Source: an uncultured Thermoplasmata archaeon (GTDB lineage Archaea; Thermoplasmatota; Thermoplasmata; RBG-16-68-12). From it: a stretch of DNA of 64,000 nucleotides. The notes under the pieces are model-generated. The model ran no database searches. It was not told the DNA's origin and saw nothing but the letters and a program-made list of their open reading frames with translations. Within the stretch, counting starts at the first letter, position 1. Each line of letters starts with the position of its first letter. Positions 34,656 through 46,603 of the stretch are shown here, piece by piece. The stretch is from NCBI GenBank assembly GCA_963768855.1, contig CAVYJM010000006.1:320001-384000 (forward strand), in the 5' to 3' direction. A program made the translations under genes and the position numbers.

Positions 34656-35959
34656 GCGGCGGCCCCCAACTCGCGGAACGCTCCGGCAGCCGCCTCGATC
34701 GTGCGGTCGATGTCCGCCGCCGTGTGGGCCGTGGACAGGAAGGCGGTCTCGAAGGGAGCGGGCGGGAGGTACACGCCTCGACGGAGCATGGCCCAGAAGA
34801 ATCGGCCGTACGCGGTCTTGTCCATCCTCTGCGCGTCCTCCAGGTTGCGCACTGGACCATCGACGAAGAAGAGCCCCATCATGGATTCGACCCGCTGGAT
34901 CCGGATCGTGATCCCGGCATCGGCCGCCGCGTCGCGCATCCCGTCCTCGAGCCGCTTGGCGGAGGCATCGAGGCGCGTGTAGAGGGACGGCCGCACCTGC
35001 CCGAGCGCGGCGCGGCCCGCGGCCATCGCGAGCGGGTTCCCGGCGAGGGTTCCCGCCTGGTAGACGGGCCCGAGCGGGGCCACCCGCTCCATGACGTCTC
35101 GCCGGCCGCCGTACGCGGCCACGGGGAGCCCGTGGCCCAGGATCTTGCCCAGGCAGGTGAGATCCGGCCGGATGCCGAAGAGGGACTGGGCGCCGCCGGG
35201 GGCGACCCGGAATCCCGTGATGACCTCGTCGAAGATCAGGAGGGTGCCATGGGCCTGTGCGACCCGCTGGAGTCCCTCGAGGAAGCCGCGGTCCGGCGGG
35301 ACGACTCCCATGTTCCCCGCGACGGGTTCGACCAGGATGGCGGCGATCGAGTCGCCGTGCAAGGTGAAGAGCTCCTCGACGGCCTCGAGGTCGTTGTAGG
35401 GGGCCACGAGCGTGTCCTCGACGGTCCCTTCGGGCACGCCAGCGGAGCGCGGCATCCCGGTCGCGGCGATCCCCGACCCCGCTCGGACGAGGAACTGGTC
35501 CGCGTGGCCGTGGTATCCGCCCTCGAACACGAGGACGCGGTCCCGGCCCGTGAACCCCCGCGCGGCCCGCACCGCGGACATCGTGGCCTCCGTGCCGGAG
35601 TTGACGAAACGAAGGAGTTCGATGGAGGGCACGAGATCCTTCACCCGTTCCGCGAGGACGACCTCGGCCTCCGTCGCGGTCCCGAAGCTCGTGCCGCGGC
35701 CCGCGGCCTCCCGCACGGCCCGGACGACCGCGGGCTGGGCATGCCCGAGGAGGAGCGCGCCCCAGGAATTGCAGTAGTCGAGGTACGCCGTCCCGTCCAC
35801 GTCGGTGAGGCGGGACCCGCGCCCCCGCACGATGAACCGCGGCGTCCCTCCGACCGAGGCGAACGCGCGGACCGGGCTGTCGACCCCGCCGACCAGGCTC
35901 TTGCGGGCGCGGGCGAAGAGCCTCTCGGAACGCGGCGCCCTCGGAATCGGCGGGTCCAT
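34652..35959 (-). CDS. hemL: Glutamate-1-semialdehyde 2,1-aminomutase
   Basis: GGVDSPVRAF, FVNSGTEA, YHGH, FDEVITGFR, GKI (PLP Lys), YQAGT. Confidence 0.95.
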   Translation of the reverse strand: MDPPIPRAPRSERLFARARKSLVGGVDSPVRAFASVGGTPRFIVRGRGSRLTDVDGTAYLDYCNSWGALLLGHAQPAVVRAVREAAGRGTSFGTATEAEVVLAERVKDLVPSIELLRFVNSGTEATMSAVRAARGFTGRDRVLVFEGGYHGHADQFLVRAGSGIAATGMPRSAGVPEGTVEDTLVAPYNDLEAVEELFTLHGDSIAAILVEPVAGNMGVVPPDRGFLEGLQRVAQAHGTLLIFDEVITGFRVAPGGAQSLFGIRPDLTCLGKILGHGLPVAAYGGRRDVMERVAPLGPVYQAGTLAGNPLAMAAGRAALGQVRPSLYTRLDASAKRLEDGMRDAAADAGITIRIQRVESMMGLFFVDGPVRNLEDAQRMDKTAYGRFFWAMLRRGVYLPPAPFETAFLSTAHTAADIDRTIEAAAGAFRELGAAA

Positions 35960-35960
35960 C

Positions 35961-36692
35961 TCAGATCCCCAGCGCGTCGAGGAGCTGCTCCGGCGTCGAG
36001 AGCAGGCAGGTGAAAATCGGCGTCTCCCGCTCCGTGTACTTGCTCGCCTCGCTCGGCCGCAGGGCCATGATGAGGTCCAGGAAGTCGAGGGGCTCGTCCG
36101 TCTCGAAGGAGAGCATGAACTCCTGGTCGTCGAGTCCGAAGGAGTAGGCCGTATGGATCTTGACGCTCGGGAACTTGCGGCCGAGCCGGAAGTGGTCCCG
36201 CATGATTTCCTGGCGCTTCTCGAACGGGATTGCATACCATTCCCGTTTCTTCCAGAAAGGGTAGACGAACAGGTACCGCGAGCCCTTGGGGAGCGCCTTC
36301 GTGGCCGCGCGCTCCTCTGAGCCGGGGGAGGATCCGCCGAAGTACTCCGACGGACGGGTGGCGGCCAGGTACGCGTAGGAGGTTTCGAGGTAGTGCCCAA
36401 GCTCTATCGAGGCGATCCGCCGGGCCAGGTCGCGGAACGCCTCGAGGCGCGGGTCGATCGTCCAGAGCATGAGGTCCGCGTCCGCGCGGATGCCGACGAG
36501 GGAATAGGTGCGGAGAAGGATCTCGTCCTCGAGGTCATGGAGGAGCGCGGCGAACTCGGCCTTCTGCTTCTTCTTGACGTCCGCGGGCAGGAGGCGCCAC
36601 TCCGGACGGACTTTGTAGAATGTGTACTTCACGAACTCCCGGGGCTCGTCCTTGTCCCCGTGACCGTGCCGTCCCGCCTCGCCCTCAGGCAT
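35961..36692 (-). CDS. hemQ: Chlorite-dismutase-family protein, likely coproheme decarboxylase (ChdC/HemQ)
   Basis: [10 protein letters not shown] (catalytic Tyr motif), proximal His in [14 protein letters not shown]; no distal Arg; embedded in the heme operon. Confidence 0.85.
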   Translation of the reverse strand: MPEGEAGRHGHGDKDEPREFVKYTFYKVRPEWRLLPADVKKKQKAEFAALLHDLEDEILLRTYSLVGIRADADLMLWTIDPRLEAFRDLARRIASIELGHYLETSYAYLAATRPSEYFGGSSPGSEERAATKALPKGSRYLFVYPFWKKREWYAIPFEKRQEIMRDHFRLGRKFPSVKIHTAYSFGLDDQEFMLSFETDEPLDFLDLIMALRPSEASKYTERETPIFTCLLSTPEQLLDALGI

Positions 36693-37683
36693 CGCCGTTC
36701 GACCTCCAGCGGGCGACGTCCTTCGTGTGGTACGTCAGGATGAGGTCGGCCCCCGCCCTCCGGATCGCGGTCAGCGTCTCCTCGACGACCGCCCGCTCGT
36801 CGATCCAGCCGCGCTCCGCGGCCGCCTTGATCAGGGCGTACTCCCCGCTGACCGCGTACGCGGCCAGGGGCGCGTCGAACCGCTGCCGCGCGGCGTGGAG
36901 CACGTCGAGGTACGGGAGCGCCGGCTTGACCATCACGATGTCCGCGCCCTCCTCCAGGTCCAGGGCGATCTCGCGCAGGGACTCGCGGAGGTTCGCGGGG
37001 TCTTTCTGGTAGCTGCGGCGGTCCCCGAACTGCGGGGTCGAACCGGCCGCCTCGCGGAAGGGGCCGTAGAACGCGGAGGCGTGCTTCGCCGCATACGCGA
37101 GGATGATCGTGTCTTCGAAGCCCGCGCGATCCAGGGCGGTCCGGATCGCGGCGACCTGGCCGTCCATCATCGCGCTCGGGGCGACCATGTCCGCGCCCGC
37201 CGCCGCTTGGCTGACGGCCGTGCGGGCCAAGAGCTCGAGGGAGGCGTCGTTGTCGATCCGGCCGCCCCGCACGACCCCGCAGTGCCCGTGGTCCGTGTAC
37301 TCGCAGAGGCAGACGTCCGCGAGGACGGTCAGGTCGGGGGCGGCGCGCTTCACGGCCCGAATCGCCTCCTGGACCACGCCGTCGTCCGCGTAGGCGCCCT
37401 GCGCGAGCGGATCCTTCTGGCTCGGCAGGCCGAAGAGGATGACCGCAGGGACGCCGAGGGCCGCGAGCTCCGTCGCCTCCCGCGCGACCTCCTCGACCGT
37501 GTGACGCCGGATGCCCGGGAGGGACGGGATGTCTGCGGGGATCGCGCCGTCCTCGCGAACGAACAGGGGTTGCACGAGGTGCGCGAGATCCGCGGTGGTC
37601 TCGCGGACGAGCGACCGGATCGCCGCGTTCTGTCGGAGACGCCGGAGCCGCTGCTTGGGCCGGGGGACTGAGAGGTCACTCAT
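36685..37683 (-). CDS. hemB: Porphobilinogen synthase (Zn-dependent)
   Basis: [11 protein letters not shown] Zn motif, [22 protein letters not shown]. Confidence 0.96.
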   Translation of the reverse strand: MSDLSVPRPKQRLRRLRQNAAIRSLVRETTADLAHLVQPLFVREDGAIPADIPSLPGIRRHTVEEVAREATELAALGVPAVILFGLPSQKDPLAQGAYADDGVVQEAIRAVKRAAPDLTVLADVCLCEYTDHGHCGVVRGGRIDNDASLELLARTAVSQAAAGADMVAPSAMMDGQVAAIRTALDRAGFEDTIILAYAAKHASAFYGPFREAAGSTPQFGDRRSYQKDPANLRESLREIALDLEEGADIVMVKPALPYLDVLHAARQRFDAPLAAYAVSGEYALIKAAAERGWIDERAVVEETLTAIRRAGADLILTYHTKDVARWRSNGDA

Positions 37684-38458
37684 GGGCACGCAGCTCCACG
37701 AGACTCTTGACGAGCCCCTCGATCGTGTGGTCCTGGGCGACCACCGCAATGCGGAAGCCGAGCATCCGCGCGGCCTCTGCGGTGACCGGGCCGATGGCCG
37801 CCGCGGGCGTCCTTTCCAGGAGGCGGGAGAAATCGCCTTCCGACATCAGCGATGCCAGATTCTCCGCGGAGGAGGCGCTCGTGAACACGACGTAATCGAA
37901 GCGGGAGCCCGGCACGGGACTCGGTGTCGAAGCGGCGGGCACCGCATCGTACGCGTCGACCTGGAGGACATCCGCGCCCCGCGCCCGGAGGGCGTCCGGC
38001 AGGGATTGGCGGGAGATGCGGGACCGCGGAAGCAGGATGCGCCGGCCTCGGATGTCGCCCAACAGTCCGGCAATGGCATCCGTGACGTATTCAGTGGGGA
38101 CCGCGTCGGCCGGCAGGCCGTTCCGCTGCAGGGCGGCCCGAGTCACCGGACCGACGGCCGCGATGCGGGCGCGGGTGTTCCTCAGGTTCACATGCAACGT
38201 GCGGGCACGGTTCGCGACCGCATCGACCCCATGGGCGCTCGTGAACACGATCCAGTCGAAGGAGGACCACTGCTGGAGGGCCTCGTCGAGGGGGTGGAAA
38301 TCCGAGGGGGGATTGATCCGGACCGTGGGGAAGGGCACGACCGCGGCTCCCTGATCCTGGAGGGCGTCGCGGAGCTTCGGGACGCGGTCCTCGGAGCCCG
38401 CGACGAGGATCGTGCGTCCGGAGAGCGGCTTGTCGTCCCTGTCCTCGGTCTCGTCCAT
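37676..38458 (-). CDS. hemD: Uroporphyrinogen-III synthase
   Basis: [35 protein letters not shown]. Confidence 0.9.
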   Translation of the reverse strand: MDETEDRDDKPLSGRTILVAGSEDRVPKLRDALQDQGAAVVPFPTVRINPPSDFHPLDEALQQWSSFDWIVFTSAHGVDAVANRARTLHVNLRNTRARIAAVGPVTRAALQRNGLPADAVPTEYVTDAIAGLLGDIRGRRILLPRSRISRQSLPDALRARGADVLQVDAYDAVPAASTPSPVPGSRFDYVVFTSASSAENLASLMSEGDFSRLLERTPAAAIGPVTAEAARMLGFRIAVVAQDHTIEGLVKSLVELRAHE

Positions 38459-39381
38459 CAGATCGCCTCCCGGAGGATGTCGTCCGCGCCCCCATCTCGG
38501 AGGCGGGACGCGACCGCGTCCGCAGTCGCGCGCCAGGCGTCGACGGGCGCCTGCACGACGGCGCGGACGACGCGCTGCCCGTCCGGGGACGCCACGACGG
38601 CCTGAAGCCGCAAGCCCTGCTCCTCGATCGTCGCGAGGGCCCCGAACGGGACGTTGCAGCCGCCGCCCAGGAGGGCGCTCACGGCTCGTTCGGCGTCGGT
38701 CGTCCGGCGGGCGTGTGGATCCTCAATCGCCCGGAGGATGGAACGGATCTCCGAGTCGGCCGCCCGGCTCTCCAGGGCGAGCGCTCCCTGGCCGGGCGCC
38801 GGAGTCAGGAACTCGGGCGCGATCGGTTGGGGCTGGCGGTCCCCGAGCCCCAGGCGGGTCAGTCCCGCTCCCGCGATGACGACCGCGTCGAAGTCCTTCG
38901 CGTCGAGACGCCGCAGGCGGGTGCCCACGTTGCCACGGAGATCGACCAGACGGAGGCCGGGCCACCGGGCCTTGAGCTGGGCGCGGCGCCGGAGGCTGCT
39001 CGTGCCCACGCGCGTGCCCTCGGGCATGTGATCCAGGGAGAGCCCGTCGTTCGCGATGAGGACGTCCCGCGGGTCCGCGCGCGCCGGGACGGCCGCGATC
39101 TCGAGTCCGGGCACCAGCTCCGTCGGCACATCCTTCAGGCTGTGGACCGCGAAGTCGATCGCCCCCTCGAGGAGCGCGTCCTCGATCCGCTTCGTGAAGG
39201 CGCGCTTGCCGTCGATCGGGACGCCGAGGTCCTCGCGGCGGCCCTCGTCGCCGTGCGTGCGGATCTCCACGGTCTCGAACACGAGATGCGGGTGCGCCAC
39301 GCGGAGCAGGGTGAGGGCCTCCTCGGTCTGGGCGAGGGCCAGCGGGCTCCCTCGCGTCCCGACCCGGAGGCGGTCGCTCAT
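38458..39381 (-). CDS. hemC: Hydroxymethylbilane synthase
   Basis: GTRGSPLALAQ, AVHSLKD, GTSSLRR, RGNVGTRL, GQGAL, LGGGC..P. Confidence 0.96.
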   Translation of the reverse strand: MSDRLRVGTRGSPLALAQTEEALTLLRVAHPHLVFETVEIRTHGDEGRREDLGVPIDGKRAFTKRIEDALLEGAIDFAVHSLKDVPTELVPGLEIAAVPARADPRDVLIANDGLSLDHMPEGTRVGTSSLRRRAQLKARWPGLRLVDLRGNVGTRLRRLDAKDFDAVVIAGAGLTRLGLGDRQPQPIAPEFLTPAPGQGALALESRAADSEIRSILRAIEDPHARRTTDAERAVSALLGGGCNVPFGALATIEEQGLRLQAVVASPDGQRVVRAVVQAPVDAWRATADAVASRLRDGGADDILREAI

Positions 39382-40664
39382 CGGGTCTCGCCCCCCAGCC
39401 CGCGCATCAGCTCCCGGAGGATCTCGGCGCGCGTGGCCTCGGGGAGGGACCGCAGGCGTTCCGTGGGACCATGGAGGAACCGGTTCACGAGGCGCGTCGC
39501 GAGCTTGTCGACGACGGCCCGGTCCGTATCGCTGAGGGCCGGGAGGCGTTCGAGCGCCTCCTCGACCTCCGTGCGGCGGATCTGTTCGACGGCCATGCGC
39601 AGGGCGGCGATGTCCTCCGTCCCGGACGGCTGGAGGGACGCGACCACGCGCCCCGCCTCGTCCCGGATCTTCGCCTCCGCGCGGGCGAGGGCGGCGGGAG
39701 GGAGCGGCTGCGCACCCCACGGCGCGAGCGCGTCGATGTCGACGAGCGTGACGCCGGGGAGCGGCCCGCAGGCCGGGTCGATGTTCCGCGGGAACCCCAG
39801 GTCGATGAGCCAGAGCGGCCGCCCGTCCCGGTGGGCGAGGGCCCGCCGGAGGCGGTGCGAAGAGACGAGGGGCTTGCGCGAGCCCGTGGCCGCGAGCACG
39901 ACGTCCGCGGTCTCCAGGATCCGGTCGAGCGCGTCGAGGCCGAGTCCCTGACCCCCGAGGTCCCGGGCCACCTCCAGGGCGCGGTTCCGGTCCCGGTTCG
40001 CGACAAGGATCCGGGACGTCCCGCGGAGGGAGGCCGCGGCGATCCGCGCCATCTTCCCCGTCCCGAGCAGGGCAACGGTGGGATGGTCGATCGGGACGGA
40101 GGTGTGGAGGAACCGGAGGGCCGCGTGGCTCGCGGACGCGTCGACCTCGTCGAGCCCCGCGAGGGAACGGATGCGGGGAGCGGCCCGCGCCGCGCGCTCG
40201 AAGACATCCGCAAGGAGACGGGATCGTTGGAGACCTTTGGGACGCTCCGAGGGCGTCCTTCTCACCTGGGCCGTGATCTGGGCCTCTCCCTGCGCCAGGG
40301 AATCGAGGCCGCTGGCGACGCGGAAGAGATGGGCGGCCGCCTCGGCGTCCCGGAGGACGTAGACGGAGGGGGAGTCCGGGCGAACCTCGAAGGCCGCGGT
40401 GATCGCCTCCAGCGCGGCCCGGGGCGTCGCGCTGACCGCGTACGCCTCGATCCGGTTGCAGGTTGCGAGGAGGGCGAGGTCCTCCCAGGGAGGCGGGGAG
40501 CCACGGCCCCGCGTCAGGCGCGCATAGGTCGCGCGTCTCAGCAGCGGCTCTCGCTGGTCGAGGGGGCAGGTGCGGTGGTTCACGCCCACGAGCAGGAGCT
40601 GTCGCGGCCCCGCCTCGGACGTCCTCCGCGTTGATGCAGGAGCCCGGTCCCCCTCGGTGCTCAT
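39378..40664 (-). CDS. hemA: Glutamyl-tRNA reductase
   Basis: GVNHRT, LATCNRIE, FRVASGLDS..GE.QI, GTGKM, IDLGFPRNID. Confidence 0.92.
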   Translation of the reverse strand: MSTEGDRAPASTRRTSEAGPRQLLLVGVNHRTCPLDQREPLLRRATYARLTRGRGSPPPWEDLALLATCNRIEAYAVSATPRAALEAITAAFEVRPDSPSVYVLRDAEAAAHLFRVASGLDSLAQGEAQITAQVRRTPSERPKGLQRSRLLADVFERAARAAPRIRSLAGLDEVDASASHAALRFLHTSVPIDHPTVALLGTGKMARIAAASLRGTSRILVANRDRNRALEVARDLGGQGLGLDALDRILETADVVLAATGSRKPLVSSHRLRRALAHRDGRPLWLIDLGFPRNIDPACGPLPGVTLVDIDALAPWGAQPLPPAALARAEAKIRDEAGRVVASLQPSGTEDIAALRMAVEQIRRTEVEEALERLPALSDTDRAVVDKLATRLVNRFLHGPTERLRSLPEATRAEILRELMRGLGGETR

Positions 40665-40820
40665 GGCCTTCTGCTCCGCCGCGATTCGTGGAGGCTATAA
40701 GAAGCTATGCGGAAGTTATTCGCAGTCCAATGATAATTTTGGACAACCGAAATCTCGAAGCGCGGCGACGAAGGCCGGCAGGGCTACGTTGATATCGGTG
40801 CGTGCACCTCCCTGGTCCGG

Positions 40821-41882
40821 ATGGAGATCGAGCTCATCGAGCACGCGGCCCTGACGATCCCGCGCAAGGAGCGCTTCACGATCGCCCGCGGCTCCTCGGA
40901 TGTGGCGGAGACCTCCTGGGTCTTCGTCCACTCCGGCGGCCTCGTGGGCCAGGGATGCGGCGCACCGAGCGAGGTGACCCGCGAGACGCCCATGACGATG
41001 AACGAGGCCCTCCGCACCCTCGTCAAGGGCCTCAAGGGGTTCGAGTTCCACCAGCCCCACGAGATCGCGGAGCGGATGGACAAGCTCGTCCCCGGGAACC
41101 CGTCCGCGAAGGCCGCGGTGGACATCGCCGTCCACGATCTGGCGGCCCAGGTCGCGGGCCTCCCGCTCTACCGCTACCTAGGCGGCACCAAGGACCGGAT
41201 GGCGACGGACATGACGATCGGGATCATGCCGACCCTCGCTGCGGTCGAGCACGCGAAGCGGTGGACGCGCGAAGGCTTTCGCGCGCTGAAAGTGAAGGTC
41301 GGGAAGGACCCGACGCTGGACCTCGAGCGCCTCGGGGCGATCCGGAACGCGGTCGGAAGCGGCGTCGAACTGCGGATCGATGGCAACGAGGGTTTCAGCT
41401 GGGGGCAGGCCCTCTCCTTCGCTCGCGCGGCTCGCGAGCTGAACATCGCCTTCTTCGAGCAGCCCGTGCACGCCACGGACTTCGAGGGGATGCGCGTCCT
41501 GGCGGAGTCCTCCCCGATTCCGATCATGGCGGACGAGATGGTCCTCACGCCCGAGGACGCGAAGAAGATCCGTTGGAGCAACGCGGCCAAGTCCGTGAAC
41601 CTGAAACTCATGAAGCATGGCGGGATCGCGCGGACGATGGAGGTCGACACGATCTGTTCGTCCGCGGGCTACCCCACCATGGTGGGCTGCATGAGCGAGC
41701 CGCAGCTGTCGATCGCCGCCGGGCTCCACTTCGCGCTTGCATCCCCGAACGTGAAGTGGCTGGACTTGGATTCCCACTTCAACATGGCCTCCGACCCGTC
41801 GTCGGGGATCGAGTTCAAGCACGGCCACCTCGTCGCCCCGAACAAGCCCGGTCTAGGCATCGACGTGCGGTGGCCCGGCTGA
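40821..41882 (+). CDS. Dipeptide epimerase (L-Ala-D/L-Glu epimerase-like, enolase superfamily)
   Basis: FTIARG, KVK, DGNEG, FEQP, ADE, NLKLMK.GG, GCM.E, DLD. Confidence 0.88.
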   Translation: MEIELIEHAALTIPRKERFTIARGSSDVAETSWVFVHSGGLVGQGCGAPSEVTRETPMTMNEALRTLVKGLKGFEFHQPHEIAERMDKLVPGNPSAKAAVDIAVHDLAAQVAGLPLYRYLGGTKDRMATDMTIGIMPTLAAVEHAKRWTREGFRALKVKVGKDPTLDLERLGAIRNAVGSGVELRIDGNEGFSWGQALSFARAARELNIAFFEQPVHATDFEGMRVLAESSPIPIMADEMVLTPEDAKKIRWSNAAKSVNLKLMKHGGIARTMEVDTICSSAGYPTMVGCMSEPQLSIAAGLHFALASPNVKWLDLDSHFNMASDPSSGIEFKHGHLVAPNKPGLGIDVRWPG

Positions 41883-41883
41883 T

Positions 41884-44418
41884 TCAGCCTTCGGGCGGGG
41901 GCGCCGGCGGCGGGGGAGGCGCCGGGGCTGCGTCCGTCGCGCCCACCGCGGCCTCTTCTTCCCGAGAGCTCACGAGGCGCACGACCGCGGTCACCTTGTC
42001 GCCTTCGGCCAGCCGCTGGATCCGGACGCCCCGCGCGGAGCGGCCCGTCTCGCGGATGTCCTCGACCGGGCACCGGATCACGACGCCGACGACGGTCGTC
42101 ACGAGGATCTCGTCGCCCGGCTCGACCTCGACCGCGCCGACGACCGTGCTGCGGCCGACCTTCATGTTCGTCGTCACGACGCCCTGGCTCCCCCGCCGGG
42201 TCTTGCGGTACTCCTTGACTTTCGTCCGCTTCCCGTACCCGCTCTCGAGGAGGGTCAGGACCTCCGTCTCCGGGTTCTTCACGATGGCCATCGAGACCAC
42301 GCGGTCGCCCTTGCGGAGCCGCATGCCGCGGACCCCCGCCGCGGTCCGCCCCATGGACCGCACCTCGCTCAGGTTGAACCGGTTCGCGTAGCCGCCCGCG
42401 CTCGCGAGGACGACCTCCTCGTTCCCGTCCGCGAGGCGCGCCTCCACGAGCTCGTCGCCCTCGTTGAGGTCGATCGCACGGATCCCCCGGATGTTCGGAC
42501 GCTGGAAGGCGTCCAGGCGGGTCTGCTTGATTCTTCCCAGCTTCGTGGCGAAGACGATCGTCCGCAGCGGGTCGAACTCCTTCACGGCGATCATGTCGAG
42601 GATCTTTTCGTTCGGCTCGAGGCGGGGGAGGAGGTTCACGATGGGTTTGCCCTTCGCGTACCGCGACCCCACGGGGATCTTGTAGGTCTTGAGCCAGTAG
42701 CACTGGCCCTTGCTCGAGAAGAACAGGATGTAGTCGTGCGTCGAGGCGGTGAAGAGGTTGACGACGAAGTCCTCCTCCTTCGTCTCCATCCCCGTGACCC
42801 CCTTGCCGCCGCGCCGCTGCGTGCGGTACGTCTGCGTGGGCAGCCGCTTGATGTATCCCGTGTTCGTGATCGTGACGACGACGTCTTCCTCGGGGATGAG
42901 GTCCTCGACCTCCATGTCCGTCGCCTGGACCTCGATCGACGTCCGCCGCTTGTCCCCGAACTTCTCCTTCATCGCGGCGAGCTCGTCCTTGATGATCTGG
43001 AGGATCCGCTCGCGCGATGCGAGGATCGCCTCGAGTCCCTCGATCTTCTTCGTCAGGTCCCGCTGCTCCTGCCTCAGCTTCTCGATCTCCAGGCCGGTCA
43101 GCTGGCGCAGGGTCATCGACAGGATCGCGTTCGCCTGGAGGTCGCTCAGGAGATAGCGGCTCATCAGGCCGGCACGCGCCTCCTCCACGGTCTGCGAGTG
43201 GCGGATGAGGCGGATGACCTCGTCGATGTGGTCGACGGCGGTGATCAGGCCCTCGACGATGTGGAGGCGCTCGCGCGCCTTGCGGAGGTCGAACTCCGTC
43301 CGCCGGCGGACCATCGCGATGCGGTGGTCGATGTAGACCTGGAGCTCCTCCTTCAGGGGGAGGTACCTCGGCCTCCCGTCCACCAGGGCGAGGTTGATCA
43401 CGCCGAAGGTCGTCTCCATCTGGGTGTGGTGGTAGAGCTGGTTGAGGACGACATCCTCGATCGCATCCCGCTTAAGTTCGAGGACAATCCGCATGCCCTC
43501 GCGATCGCTCTCGTCGCGAAGATCGGTCACGCCCTCAATCTTCTTCGACTTGACCAACAACGCAATGGACTCGACCAGGGACGCCTTGTTGACCATGTAT
43601 GGGATTTCGGTGATCACGATCCGGACCTTCTCGCGCCCGGTTTCCTCGAACTTGGCCCGCGCGCGGATGGAGATCAGCCCGCGCCCGGAGCGGTAGGCCT
43701 CCGCGACGCCCTCGATCCCGTACAGGATGCCGCCCGTCGGGAAGTCGGGGCCCCGGATGGGCCCTTTCTCCGGGTCGAAGAGGTCCCGCAGCTCCGCCGC
43801 GGGGTTGTCGATGAGGATCGTGAGCGCGTCGACGACCTCGTTCAGGTTGTGGGGGGGCATGTTCGTCGCCATGCCGACCGCGATGCCGCTGGAGCCGTTG
43901 ACGAGGAGGTTGGGGAATTTGGACGGCAGGACGAGGGGCTCCTTGAGCGTCCCGTCGAAGTTGTCCATCCAGTCGACCGTGTCCTTCTCGATGTCCTCGA
44001 GCATGGCCTCGGCCGTCTTCGCGAGGCGGCACTCCGTGTACCGCATCGCGGCGGGCTCGTCCTCCGTGCTCCCCCAGTTGCCCTGGCCGTCGATGAGCGG
44101 GTAGCGCAGGGAGAAGTCCTGGACCATGCGGGCGGCCGTGTCGTAGATCGCGATGTCTCCGTGCGGGTGGTACTTGCCCAGGATTTCGCCGACCACCCGC
44201 GCGGCCTTCTTGTACTGGCCCCCCGCGCTCATCCCGAGCTCGTTCATCCCGTGGAGGATCCTGCGCTGGACGGGCTTCAGGCCGTCCCGTGCGTCCGGGA
44301 TCGCGCGGGAGACGATGACGGAGACGGCGTAGTCGATGTAGGAGCGCTGCATCTCGTCCTCGATGGGCTGCAGGATGACCCGCCGTTGGATTGGTTGCGG
44401 CGCTTCCTCGTCCGGCAT
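41884..44418 (-). CDS. gyrA: DNA gyrase subunit A
   Basis: [26 protein letters not shown] (active Tyr), QRRGGKG GyrA box, C-terminal pinwheel repeats. Confidence 0.97.
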   Translation of the reverse strand: MPDEEAPQPIQRRVILQPIEDEMQRSYIDYAVSVIVSRAIPDARDGLKPVQRRILHGMNELGMSAGGQYKKAARVVGEILGKYHPHGDIAIYDTAARMVQDFSLRYPLIDGQGNWGSTEDEPAAMRYTECRLAKTAEAMLEDIEKDTVDWMDNFDGTLKEPLVLPSKFPNLLVNGSSGIAVGMATNMPPHNLNEVVDALTILIDNPAAELRDLFDPEKGPIRGPDFPTGGILYGIEGVAEAYRSGRGLISIRARAKFEETGREKVRIVITEIPYMVNKASLVESIALLVKSKKIEGVTDLRDESDREGMRIVLELKRDAIEDVVLNQLYHHTQMETTFGVINLALVDGRPRYLPLKEELQVYIDHRIAMVRRRTEFDLRKARERLHIVEGLITAVDHIDEVIRLIRHSQTVEEARAGLMSRYLLSDLQANAILSMTLRQLTGLEIEKLRQEQRDLTKKIEGLEAILASRERILQIIKDELAAMKEKFGDKRRTSIEVQATDMEVEDLIPEEDVVVTITNTGYIKRLPTQTYRTQRRGGKGVTGMETKEEDFVVNLFTASTHDYILFFSSKGQCYWLKTYKIPVGSRYAKGKPIVNLLPRLEPNEKILDMIAVKEFDPLRTIVFATKLGRIKQTRLDAFQRPNIRGIRAIDLNEGDELVEARLADGNEEVVLASAGGYANRFNLSEVRSMGRTAAGVRGMRLRKGDRVVSMAIVKNPETEVLTLLESGYGKRTKVKEYRKTRRGSQGVVTTNMKVGRSTVVGAVEVEPGDEILVTTVVGVVIRCPVEDIRETGRSARGVRIQRLAEGDKVTAVVRLVSSREEEAAVGATDAAPAPPPPPAPPPEG

Positions 44419-44426
44419 GGCTCACC

Positions 44427-46358
<1,932 letters not shown>

Positions 46359-46584
46359 CTATTTCGAAACCTTCTTACGCGCGATTTTGTGGGCTCGTTT
46401 CGCCCATCCCTTCGGACGTCTGGAGTATACGCGGCCCATTTATAAACGTTCTCAGGCGGTTTCTATGGAGAAAAATGGGGTCGGGAAAAGGGGTCGTCTT
46501 TGGCTCATGGGCTTATATACTATAGCACGGGGTAGAACGCTGCATCATTCTCACGTTTGAGATCCAGTTGGCGGGGACCTCTCC

Positions 46585-46602
46585 GCATCCGCGTTCGGAT
46601 GC
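46585..46602 (-). terminator. Stem-loop immediately after the cysS stop
   Basis: GCATCCG-CGTT-CGGATGC, 7-bp perfect stem. Confidence 0.4.
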
Positions 46603-46603
46603 C

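Noticed and set aside
35961-36692. True chlorite dismutase (perchlorate/chlorite metabolism)
   Set aside because: No distal Arg and no signal peptide, and it is embedded in a heme synthesis operon, which favours coproheme decarboxylase.
46360-46600. AT-rich 240-nt gap as a replication origin
   Set aside because: No ORB repeats and no adjacent orc1/cdc6; explained by the gyrB promoter (TTTATAAA) and the cysS 3' region.
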